From positions 72,435-136,434 of the IMG/VR virus record IMGVR_UViG_3300042888_001941: a stretch of DNA of 64,000 nucleotides, one strand, 5' to 3'. Position numbers and translations under genes: made by a program. Below the pieces are notes generated by a model. The model searched no databases, was not told the DNA's origin, and saw nothing but the letters and a program-made list of their open reading frames with translations. This DNA is from a virus. Positions 27,455 through 35,639 of this stretch are shown here, piece after piece (the first letter of the stretch is position 1; each line of letters starts with the position of its first letter).

Positions 27455-27982
27455 CTACATATTGTTGTAGGTGCCTAACACAAGCTCGCCAGAATGATCT
27501 GGCCATAGGTACTGGTAATACGCAGGGCGAAAGCCTTTATCCTCTGGCCAGCCAAACTGTGAGTACCACTCGTAATCTTTGCGCAGTAGAGCAACGCGGT
27601 GAGTAGATGCGATCTGTTCGTACTTGTCCGTGTCCTTCAGCCAGTCTGGGAAGGTAAGCTCGTTGCTGATACGGTCAAGCTCAAGCGCGCGAGTAAGCGT
27701 GCCCTGGATCTTAGGAATCATAGTTGAGTTGTAACCGCGACGCAGCCACTCGTCACACATTGTAGTCGCATATAAGGCAAGACCTTTTTCATGGCCTTCC
27801 CACATCTTTGCTGCCGGATGATTGCGCCAGCCTTTAGGGTCACGATGTTCACCGCGAGGATCTAGTGACGTAAGTACAAGCATGAGTTGCCATGCCTCAA
27901 GTACCTGCTTGTTAAGGCGCTTGTTGTCGAGCTCCTGAGCAATATGCTCAAAGGAGTCAGTGTGAGGTAAGAATGTTTGCAT
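27455..27982 (-). CDS. Pyrimidine-dimer DNA glycosylase/endonuclease V-like protein (MSMEG_6728 family)
   Basis: MQTFLP...LDNKRLNKQVLE..Q...GWRNHPA.KMW.G...CDEW..RG...SH/THR..LLRKD..WY. Confidence 0.82.
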   Translation of the reverse strand: MQTFLPHTDSFEHIAQELDNKRLNKQVLEAWQLMLVLTSLDPRGEHRDPKGWRNHPAAKMWEGHEKGLALYATTMCDEWLRRGYNSTMIPKIQGTLTRALELDRISNELTFPDWLKDTDKYEQIASTHRVALLRKDYEWYSQFGWPEDKGFRPAYYQYLWPDHSGELVLGTYNNM

Positions 27983-28022
27983 GTATGCGTCCGTTCGTCA
28001 TTATGGAAATTATATCACATGT

Positions 28023-28304
28023 TTAGCGCTCGTCGGGGTTTGATTCCTCGATTGACATATCCTCGTCTTCATTATCCCGCTCATATGGCTCTATAGGCAC
28101 GTATATGCCTACTACGGTAACTTTCCCGCAGGAAATACATTCACATACCGCGCCAGGGACTAGGTTAAGAGGAACGGTCACGCTTACCAACCGCGTGATG
28201 ATATTTCCATTTTCATCAACGCTATCTGGTTCCCACGTGCTATTCTCACGAATCCAGCACAACTCGCACTGAGGTGCTAGGTCTTCGTCGTAGTCTCGTA
28301 TCAT
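28023..28304 (-). CDS. Hypothetical Zn-finger protein
   Basis: CELC and CECISC, acidic tail, coupled to the MTase stop. Confidence 0.6.
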   Translation of the reverse strand: MIRDYDEDLAPQCELCWIRENSTWEPDSVDENGNIITRLVSVTVPLNLVPGAVCECISCGKVTVVGIYVPIEPYERDNEDEDMSIEESNPDER

Positions 28305-29563
28305 TACGCGCGTGCTTCCATAGGCTTAGAGTACCACTTCTTCTTTGCGGCGTGTCGAGAAAAGTCCTTATCACCGTTGATTAAGTACTCACGGTCACCA
28401 ATCTTTTCAGCATTGCCTTCTTGTGGATTTCCTTCTAGTGAATCCTTAATTGCCTTCGCAATAAAGTTTCCAGCCTGCACCGCGACTGCCTTGCCCCAGA
28501 CTGCAGGAAGTGCTGAGTAATCCTTAACGCTTTCAATATCCCAGTCATCGGGAAGTCCCTGCATGCGTGCAGCCTCGCGGTGAGTAATCAAGCGAGGTTC
28601 AGTTGGGTGAACAACGTGATCTAGTGCAGAGCCAGTAAGTACGTTGCACCAGTGATCTTCTTTCCAGCGATATGGTTGTGAAAACCCAAGCTTAAATTCT
28701 TTACGAATAACACGCGGAGAAATATCCATCCACTTTTGCGGGAACTCACCATTGTTCTTTTCAACGGCCTTCTTTAGCGCACCGCCAGTGTCGCCATTGC
28801 CTTCCCAGGCGTCATTTCCAATAATGCTAAAGATCTCTTCAATGCGTTGAGCATGAATATTAGTCTTGCCGATGTGACCGTTAACCATTCCATTTTTTGA
28901 GCGCAGGTGCTTATTCCACTTAGTTGCTGGAGCTGCGTACGGTTGGCTATTCCATGTCAAAGGAAGTTTAGCAAGATCTCCAATAACGTCCATAATGCGT
29001 GGAAGCTCTGTCGGCTCAATATGCGTAACATCAAACTTAATGCCACTGCGAACAGCAATCCAGAAGTAACGAGGACGATACGAGAATCCACCAACTTGTA
29101 AGTTATTGTGTTTCACGTGGTACAGGTCGTACTTCTTGCCAGACAATTCTTCTAGCATATTGCGGTACTTAACCATTACCTCACGCCCTTGCGTGTAAGC
29201 CTGCTGCACACTCTCGTAAACAACAAACTTAGGCGCAACCTTTGCAGCGTATCTAACAAATGCGCGTGTATGCTCGTGCGCCTTAGCGTCAGGACCGCGA
29301 TTAGCTTCACCAGACCACACTGACCAACCGGAGCAGGGAGGGCAACCCATAACAATGTCAGCCTTCATTACTGGCCATTCACTCGGGTCATCTGAGAACT
29401 GAGATACCCAGTTATTTCCTAGGTGATGACGGTTAGCCTCTGCAACTGGGTTACCAAAATCAAGTGTTCCAGTGCGCAGTTTCATTTCCATACCTTGTTG
29501 AATAAAACCAAGGCTCATGAAACCAGCAAGGCCGTTGCAGTCAATAAATTGTGGGTTAGACAT
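28304..29563 (-). CDS. Divergent C5-cytosine DNA methyltransferase-fold enzyme
   Basis: Motif IV GCPPCSGWS intact; motif I IDCNGLAGF; VI YESV; VIII SYRPR; IX REAARMQGLPD; X WGKAV. Confidence 0.82.
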   Translation of the reverse strand: MSNPQFIDCNGLAGFMSLGFIQQGMEMKLRTGTLDFGNPVAEANRHHLGNNWVSQFSDDPSEWPVMKADIVMGCPPCSGWSVWSGEANRGPDAKAHEHTRAFVRYAAKVAPKFVVYESVQQAYTQGREVMVKYRNMLEELSGKKYDLYHVKHNNLQVGGFSYRPRYFWIAVRSGIKFDVTHIEPTELPRIMDVIGDLAKLPLTWNSQPYAAPATKWNKHLRSKNGMVNGHIGKTNIHAQRIEEIFSIIGNDAWEGNGDTGGALKKAVEKNNGEFPQKWMDISPRVIRKEFKLGFSQPYRWKEDHWCNVLTGSALDHVVHPTEPRLITHREAARMQGLPDDWDIESVKDYSALPAVWGKAVAVQAGNFIAKAIKDSLEGNPQEGNAEKIGDREYLINGDKDFSRHAAKKKWYSKPMEARA

Positions 29564-29623
29564 GGGAATCCCTCCGTAATGTGTACGGAAGGACTGTATA
29601 CCGCATTCGCAGTAAATGTCCTG

Positions 29624-29917
29624 CTATTCCGCGGTGTTTTCTAGCAAACCTACCTCGTAGCCACAACCTGCGTATCCAGCAATATCAACCCAAGTGTCAG
29701 GCTGATACCCAGATTTTGACGCGTATCGCGCAACCTTCAACCCAACCATCATCATTGCAACATCTTCACGAGTGATAGGCACGCTGAGAATTATAGACCA
29801 GACCTTTGCTATACGTTCAAAGTTTTCTTCTGGTCCGCCGTACTGCGCATCTCTGTCACCAGTAATAATAGATGCCGCGGTGCGTAAAGCCTCTACTCTA
29901 GGAAGATTTTCGCTCAT
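29624..29917 (-). CDS. DUF6378-like small helical protein
   Basis: A..IITGDRDAQYGGPEENFERIA..W...DVAMMM..LKVAR...DTWVDIAGYA. Confidence 0.78.
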   Translation of the reverse strand: MSENLPRVEALRTAASIITGDRDAQYGGPEENFERIAKVWSIILSVPITREDVAMMMVGLKVARYASKSGYQPDTWVDIAGYAGCGYEVGLLENTAE

Positions 29918-30108
29918 TCTTGACCTACCTTTGTGCGAACAGTTACCCTAGCGTTTAGCAAAGCGTCAAGCTCAGTGATGTTCATTTCTGCTGATATAGG
30001 AAGAGTTGCCTCAGTGTCGTTTGCAAGTTTCTTCCACTTAAACTCCGCTTGCTCACGCAGTTCTTGAAAGTCATTCCCGCTAACTGTAAACTCAACCGTA
30101 GCTCTCAT
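29914..30108 (-). CDS. Hypothetical protein
   Basis: 64-aa ORF overlapping both neighbours. Confidence 0.55.
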   Translation of the reverse strand: MRATVEFTVSGNDFQELREQAEFKWKKLANDTEATLPISAEMNITELDALLNARVTVRTKVGQE

Positions 30109-30527
30109 TAGCGTATTCTTTTCTGCAGAAGATGCGGCGTGTAGTGCGCGCCATCAAGAACTGGCGTCTTATCGTCCATAGACTTAAAGATAATGTCGCC
30201 ATAACGAACTCCAACAACTTTTCCGCGGCGTCCGTTATGCATAGCACCAGTAGATCCGTCATACGCGTCAGCCTTAACGCGGACCTCATCGCCTACCAGT
30301 ATAGACCCTGGTTGCGCATCAACCCATAACTCGTCAGGCTTCTCAGGCACGATAGAGTGACCAAGAGCTAGCCTGCTGAACAGATCTATTACATCTTTAG
30401 TCTGATTGTCGGAAAGCTTCATGCCTCCCCATTCTTCAAGTAGTTTAAGGATAGCGTTACCTACGCCAACCTTAACCTTTGCTTCTTCCATTTGGGCTCT
30501 AACCCACTCAATGTTTACCTCAGGCAT
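30108..30527 (-). CDS. Hypothetical protein with C-terminal KOW/SH3-like domain
   Basis: ILVGDEVRVK...HNGRRGKVVGVRYG. Confidence 0.6.
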   Translation of the reverse strand: MPEVNIEWVRAQMEEAKVKVGVGNAILKLLEEWGGMKLSDNQTKDVIDLFSRLALGHSIVPEKPDELWVDAQPGSILVGDEVRVKADAYDGSTGAMHNGRRGKVVGVRYGDIIFKSMDDKTPVLDGAHYTPHLLQKRIR

Positions 30528-30528
30528 G

Positions 30529-31014
30529 TTAGTTGTCCCCTCCTATTTCGTCTGGTAAGCACTTTACACATATACCAAGATTTCTGCTGCGCCCAACGTC
30601 ATCAATTGCGCGCTTGCATAGTTCACATTTTACGCCTTCATCTTTAACTTTGTACCCATTAAGCTGGCGTTCCTTATTGCGTTCCATTTTTTCAATATAG
30701 AACTTATCCAGCATTTCGTCTGTTCCACCCGCCGCAACGATGATATTTGCAACAAAGTGAAGAACATCCACAGCTTCCTTAACAATTTCCTCGCGGTCCG
30801 CGTAAGGAGCATCGTGCTGCCAAGGCTTCCATGAGATAGCCTGGCGCATCTCTGCAAGTTCATCGTCAATGGCTAGCATGTTCCAGCGCATGTACTCAAT
30901 CAACTTGCGAATATTCTGTGGCTTATCGCCTGTCATCTCTTCGTAGTTAATGAAGTATACGTTTTCCTGTAGATCACGTGTGCGACGCAACCAGTTATTA
31001 AACAACATTCCCAT
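30529..31014 (-). CDS. All-alpha NTP pyrophosphatase (dimeric dUTPase / T4 gp56 dCTPase-like)
   Basis: DELAE...SWKPW...EAVDVLHF...K...N..RQ..GY, plus a C-terminal CxxC..CxxC. Confidence 0.8.
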   Translation of the reverse strand: MGMLFNNWLRRTRDLQENVYFINYEEMTGDKPQNIRKLIEYMRWNMLAIDDELAEMRQAISWKPWQHDAPYADREEIVKEAVDVLHFVANIIVAAGGTDEMLDKFYIEKMERNKERQLNGYKVKDEGVKCELCKRAIDDVGRSRNLGICVKCLPDEIGGDN

Positions 31015-31016
31015 CG

Positions 31017-32036
31017 TTATACCTTTCCACTGTATAGCTTTAATGATTCAGTCAATGTAATTGCTGCATCTCGTTTGGTTGGGATTGCGTTTAAGTACGC
31101 GCTCCTTTGATCTTTTGCTAGTTGCATTCTTTCTTCTTGCGACATATGCTCAATTGCAGATGCAAGCTGCATCCATGAACTTCCAATGAAGCCACTTTCA
31201 CGCCAGTCAGTAGCAACTGGAGTTAGAGCATTGAGACACTGAACTATGCGGTATGTCCACCATGTTCCGTTCTGGTGAGGGCTAATCAAAGCTCCTGTGC
31301 CACGAGCAATTTGATCTGCTACCTTATCGTCTGCCCAACCTTTATTCCACTTCATAGGAACTGTAGGATTGGCAAGCATGGCAATGGTTGATTTAGTCCA
31401 TGGAGAAGAAAAGTTTTCTACTACCCATTTATCAGTTCGTTCAGAGTCAGAAGGTTCTGGCTCTGTGATTAAGTACCTATCAAGGTTAATTCCTTTAAGA
31501 CTATTTCGCGCTGGTTCATGCAGTTGCTCTTGAATGTTTTCCTGCGCGGTCCACGGTAGCGTTGGGTACAACGTAGTAGCCCACTCGTTCGTAAGAAGCG
31601 CGTCTACAGTCTCTAGGAGACTCTTTAAGACATCAGGAGCGTTAGCTTGCGTATAACCTTTGCGATATGAGTAAAAAGGCTTCACAAGGTTGTCTGGGTT
31701 CTTTTTAATGGCGCGTAGACTAGACACGATGCGCGTAGGCTCTGGCGCGTCAATATAGAAAGATAGACGACTGTCACCGCGAAGTAAACCTATAACCTTA
31801 AGAGCTCCATAGGTTCTATTTGCACTAAGACTAGTGATAGGGCTTAATCCAACAAGAATTTTGTTAAAACTCTTTAGGTCATCAAGCGTCCAGGACATTT
31901 CAGGATCTGATTGAGTGACCTCGTGCCCTTGTTGAGTAAGCACGTGTACTAGCAAACTTGCAAACGATAACGTGCGTTTGTTTGCGTCTGCTGATACGTG
32001 TGGAGCAGACATGCCAGTTATAAGAATTTTGCTCAT
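31017..32036 (-). CDS. GT-B protein, paralogue of the upstream gene (T4 beta-glucosyltransferase-like)
   Basis: KILITGM...L...GHEV...F.KILVGLSPITSL...YGAL...FYID...GALISP...WW..R matches 32033..33244 motif for motif. Confidence 0.6.
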   Translation of the reverse strand: MSKILITGMSAPHVSADANKRTLSFASLLVHVLTQQGHEVTQSDPEMSWTLDDLKSFNKILVGLSPITSLSANRTYGALKVIGLLRGDSRLSFYIDAPEPTRIVSSLRAIKKNPDNLVKPFYSYRKGYTQANAPDVLKSLLETVDALLTNEWATTLYPTLPWTAQENIQEQLHEPARNSLKGINLDRYLITEPEPSDSERTDKWVVENFSSPWTKSTIAMLANPTVPMKWNKGWADDKVADQIARGTGALISPHQNGTWWTYRIVQCLNALTPVATDWRESGFIGSSWMQLASAIEHMSQEERMQLAKDQRSAYLNAIPTKRDAAITLTESLKLYSGKV

Positions 32037-33244
32037 GCACGAGTCCCATCTGCGTTTAACGCAATACCTTTGTCCTCACGAACGGCACGCTCAATGATGC
32101 GATTACAGTGCTCAACAAACGCTGAGTACTCAGGGATGTAAGGCTTAAGTGCTTCCTGTTGCGCAATTGCCGCCGCAGCTAATTCAGCATCACTCATCTT
32201 CTCAACATCAGCAATTGTAAGCTTATAGGCGTCACCTAATGGATCACCTTCGCCCTTATCAGTAACAAGAATAGACCCCACGTGCGCTGCGTATAGGAAA
32301 CGACTACGCCACCAGCCAGAACCAGCGTGTGGGTAAGGTGGTGAAAGAATACCCCAGTGATTATTGTAGAACTCAAGTACGTCCTGCTCTGTGTCAAAGC
32401 GTTGGCCGCCAAGCTTCTTAATAAGTTTACGACTGCCTACAATTTCAACGGGCCACTCTAATGATTTACGTTCTAGCCAATTATCGTGCGGCATGAGAGC
32501 GCCAAGTACCCATGCACGCTTTTTATCAGCCGCAGGTTTTGCAATCACGGGCTGTAACGTAGGAATGATAGTTGCTGTTGGGTCAAGAGCTTCAATAGGA
32601 CCTAATTCATCAGGCATACGCTTGCGAACAATTGACCTATCACCAAATCCATACATAGGGCATACTGGAACCATGCCAGCTTCCCATCGCTTATCTACAA
32701 GATCAGTTGCTGCTTGAACAAGACGCTTTTCCCATGGTTTAATGTTTTCATCGTTGTCCATCATGTAATAACGTTCGATGTAGCACTTTTTCGCCGCCGC
32801 AGGGTTAACCTCACGGATTCTTTCAAGTGCAGCTTCAATGTCTGCGCGACTAAAGTAAGTTGCGCCTTCTTCACCGCGATGTTCAGTTCCTACAAGCAGA
32901 TGCTTATACAACATCGCAGGTTTACGAATTAGCGCACGTGCTCCGTTGAATACAGTATTAAACTGCCAATCATCAAAGAAACCAACACAAGGAATGCCAG
33001 ATGACAAAGCGTAGAGTGCACCCATCGCACCTTGGCGACCATTTAATGAGTTAAGGGGTGCAAGATTGATCCACAGTACGTCATAAGATGACAGGTCTTC
33101 GCCAGGTGTAATCTTGCGCCAGTCAACATCGTGACCAGACTCACGCAATGCCCGAGCAATAGACGCAGGTACGTCAATCTTTTGAATAGTTCTTTTTTCT
33201 GTGTTTATCTGCAAAGCAGTAAACCCACTCATTAGAACTTTCAT
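32033..33244 (-). CDS. Putative DNA glycosyltransferase (T4 beta-glucosyltransferase-like GT-B)
   Basis: MKVLMSG...L.ESGHDVD...YDVLWINLAPLNSLNG...VGFFDDWQ resembles T4 BGT YDRLIVVNSSINFFGG...YLFTD (from memory). Located in a nucleotide-modification neighbourhood. Confidence 0.65.
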   Translation of the reverse strand: MKVLMSGFTALQINTEKRTIQKIDVPASIARALRESGHDVDWRKITPGEDLSSYDVLWINLAPLNSLNGRQGAMGALYALSSGIPCVGFFDDWQFNTVFNGARALIRKPAMLYKHLLVGTEHRGEEGATYFSRADIEAALERIREVNPAAAKKCYIERYYMMDNDENIKPWEKRLVQAATDLVDKRWEAGMVPVCPMYGFGDRSIVRKRMPDELGPIEALDPTATIIPTLQPVIAKPAADKKRAWVLGALMPHDNWLERKSLEWPVEIVGSRKLIKKLGGQRFDTEQDVLEFYNNHWGILSPPYPHAGSGWWRSRFLYAAHVGSILVTDKGEGDPLGDAYKLTIADVEKMSDAELAAAAIAQQEALKPYIPEYSAFVEHCNRIIERAVREDKGIALNADGTRA

Positions 33245-33277
33245 ACTACCTCCTTGTGGTTAAGTACATTTGGAACA

Positions 33278-33304
33278 CCGTCTGAACTTTACCAGGACAG
33301 ACGG
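33278..33304 (-). terminator. Hairpin after the SSB gene
   Basis: CCGTCTG...CAGACGG inverted repeat with a weak U tail. Confidence 0.45.
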
Positions 33305-33323
33305 CGAACCAGACGCACTTAAA

Positions 33324-33890
33324 TTAGAACGGTGCTGCCGGTGGAGCCGCTGCTACAGCAGGTGCTGCTTCAGGGGCTGGTGCGGGTACTGCCTCAGCAA
33401 CAGGTGCAGGTGCTGGAGCTGGTGCAGGTGCTGGTGCAGGTGCTGGTGCAGCAGCTGCAACTGGTGCACCTGGTGCAGGTATTGCAGATGTGTAGTAGTT
33501 CTTGATTTCGTTCTTCTTCTGACCCTGCCAGGTGCGAGAAGTAACAGCCGCACGGAATGCACGACCACGAATCGCTTGCTCAATCTGAGCGTTTGATGGG
33601 TTAGTTGCGAAGAACTCGCGACCAAGACCAAGTGCCATCATCTTACGGAAGAACATTCCGAGAGCTGCGTTGTTGTCTGGTGTAACTACGAGGTTGTCCC
33701 AGATAAGTCGCTTTGCGTGCGCGCCATTTTGAACCTGTGCCTTAATAGCGAACATTGTTTTGCCAGACTGTGAAGTCTTAGCAGTTGCTTCCACGATGAC
33801 TAAATCATAGTCACCGTCTGGAAGTGGATCGTAGCCAGTTGATACTTCACCAGCTTCTTTGACGAGATCTCCCCAATTGAGTGTACTCAT
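33324..33890 (-). CDS. DUF669-like ssDNA-binding protein
   Basis: YDPLPDGDY...SQSGKTM...IWDNL...WQG..KNEIK, PA-rich tail ending PF. Confidence 0.8.
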   Translation of the reverse strand: MSTLNWGDLVKEAGEVSTGYDPLPDGDYDLVIVEATAKTSQSGKTMFAIKAQVQNGAHAKRLIWDNLVVTPDNNAALGMFFRKMMALGLGREFFATNPSNAQIEQAIRGRAFRAAVTSRTWQGQKKNEIKNYYTSAIPAPGAPVAAAAPAPAPAPAPAPAPAPVAEAVPAPAPEAAPAVAAAPPAAPF

Positions 33891-33896
33891 AGCGGG

Positions 33897-34667
33897 TTAG
33901 TTTCCTTTCGTAGTTGGAGTTGCTTGTGCTTTTGGTCCGAAAATCATGTCGAGCATGCGTTCGATTCCAAGGTCTTGCTGTTCAACGATCTTTCCAAGTC
34001 GACCTTGTACTCGCTCGCCTGCTTCGTACTCGTCTGTACGTTCTACATACATACGTCTTGCCTTGAACGGTGGTTGCAGTGGATCTGGATTTGGATGTGT
34101 CTCCACTGTAATTGCGCCAAGAATGTCGTAGAAGTATGGTGCTTGAATTGCAAGCTGACCCTGTAGGTACGGACGTGAACGACCGTCTGCTCCAGGACGA
34201 GCCATAGCAGTTAGCACAACAGCTTCTAGAGGTTGTGTAGGGTGCATTGTAAGGTCACGTAGGTCACGCAATAGCGCACCCATATGACGAAGCAATTCGC
34301 CCCATTGTTGCATCTTCATTTGTTCAGTACCTGCAATTGAATCCATGCACTTCACTTGAAGTTCAGAGATAGAGTCAATGATGAGTGACTTGAACTGATG
34401 CTTTCCAGTTTGTAACCACTGGAATGTTTTAAGAACAACATCGTAGTCGCGAACGTTCACGACAACTGTGTCCCAGGTGCCATCGGCAACTGGAGGTTCT
34501 TCTCGAATTGGATCCCAATACTTTACGGTGATAGGTAGGAAACGATGCCCACCTTCAACGTCAAGCATGAGACGTGGATATGGTGCTGTCACCGCAAAGG
34601 TTGATTTTCCAACCTTTGACTCGCCATACACCATGATAGTGACCGAACGTTGTACTTCAGACATCAC
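33897..34667 (-). CDS. AAA_24/Sak4-like ATPase (recombinase)
   Basis: YGESKVGKST, LDVEGG, IIDSISE. Confidence 0.85.
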   Translation of the reverse strand: MMSEVQRSVTIMVYGESKVGKSTFAVTAPYPRLMLDVEGGHRFLPITVKYWDPIREEPPVADGTWDTVVVNVRDYDVVLKTFQWLQTGKHQFKSLIIDSISELQVKCMDSIAGTEQMKMQQWGELLRHMGALLRDLRDLTMHPTQPLEAVVLTAMARPGADGRSRPYLQGQLAIQAPYFYDILGAITVETHPNPDPLQPPFKARRMYVERTDEYEAGERVQGRLGKIVEQQDLGIERMLDMIFGPKAQATPTTKGN

Positions 34668-34706
34668 TGCTTCCTTTCATCTTTTTGTTTGTTTGCTTTT
34701 GTAACA

Positions 34707-35639
34707 TTATGCATTTCCTTTTTTCTCTTCCGTAGACTTGTAATAGTCGTACGGATCAGCGGACTGGAAGGCGTCTTCAATTGCAGCCTCAGCGGCAGAC
34801 CCATCATCAAACATAGGACAGATGCTGAAGAATGAGCATTTCCACTTGCAATCACGCGTTGCGTGTGGGTAGGCAATAAATCTATGATCTCCGCCTTCGT
34901 CAAGGTACTTGCGAGTATTCATCATGTCGGTAAGTACTCCGTGAATACGCTGCCAGAATGAGCGCAAGGCAAACACGTTGTGACGTACTTCCATCTGCTC
35001 ATAGAAGGGAGGACGCGCATTTGCAGAGCGCTTTACCTTCTTGAGCATAGTAAAGATTCCACCCTCAGAGCGTTCACCTTCTTTGTTCTGCGCTGTCTCG
35101 AGCATCATATAGGTAAGAATCTGTTCGTTCATGTGCGCCATAGACGCAAAGTCAGTAAACGAACCACCGACTGTCTTGAAGTCGCGGAACATACGCACAC
35201 CGTCAGCCTTACGACGAACACGCATATCAATCTTGCCTTGCAGAATAACACTGTCGTCCATAAGAGGCATTTCAATAATTTCTTCAGTAGAAATCATTTC
35301 TAATTCAGCATCAATGCCGTTCTCTTCAACCCACTGTATGTACCCATCAAGCATGATGCGCCCAAGTTCAGCCTCGGACTCAAGGTCATAGGTATCACGG
35401 TAGCTTTCAATAAGCTTTTGCTTATCAATTTCAACAAGTTGTGAGTGCGCCTCAAGCAAAGGTATGTTCTTTGAGTAGTACATATCTAGAGCTTCGTGAA
35501 CGCGTGAACCAAGCGCAAGTGCGCCTGTCATCTGTTGCGTCTTAGGTTGTAAGCGACGGTAATAACTCAACCACCATCTCCTACGACAATCTTTGAAGGT
35601 TTGGATCTCTGAGTTAGAGATTCGTATAGGTTGGGTCAT
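34707..35639 (-). CDS. Cas4-like PD-(D/E)xK exonuclease
   Basis: ISNSEIQTFKDCRRRW, G..VHEAL, GKID...DFKT, Q...Y, C.W.C.F..IC. Confidence 0.87.
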   Translation of the reverse strand: MTQPIRISNSEIQTFKDCRRRWWLSYYRRLQPKTQQMTGALALGSRVHEALDMYYSKNIPLLEAHSQLVEIDKQKLIESYRDTYDLESEAELGRIMLDGYIQWVEENGIDAELEMISTEEIIEMPLMDDSVILQGKIDMRVRRKADGVRMFRDFKTVGGSFTDFASMAHMNEQILTYMMLETAQNKEGERSEGGIFTMLKKVKRSANARPPFYEQMEVRHNVFALRSFWQRIHGVLTDMMNTRKYLDEGGDHRFIAYPHATRDCKWKCSFFSICPMFDDGSAAEAAIEDAFQSADPYDYYKSTEEKKGNA

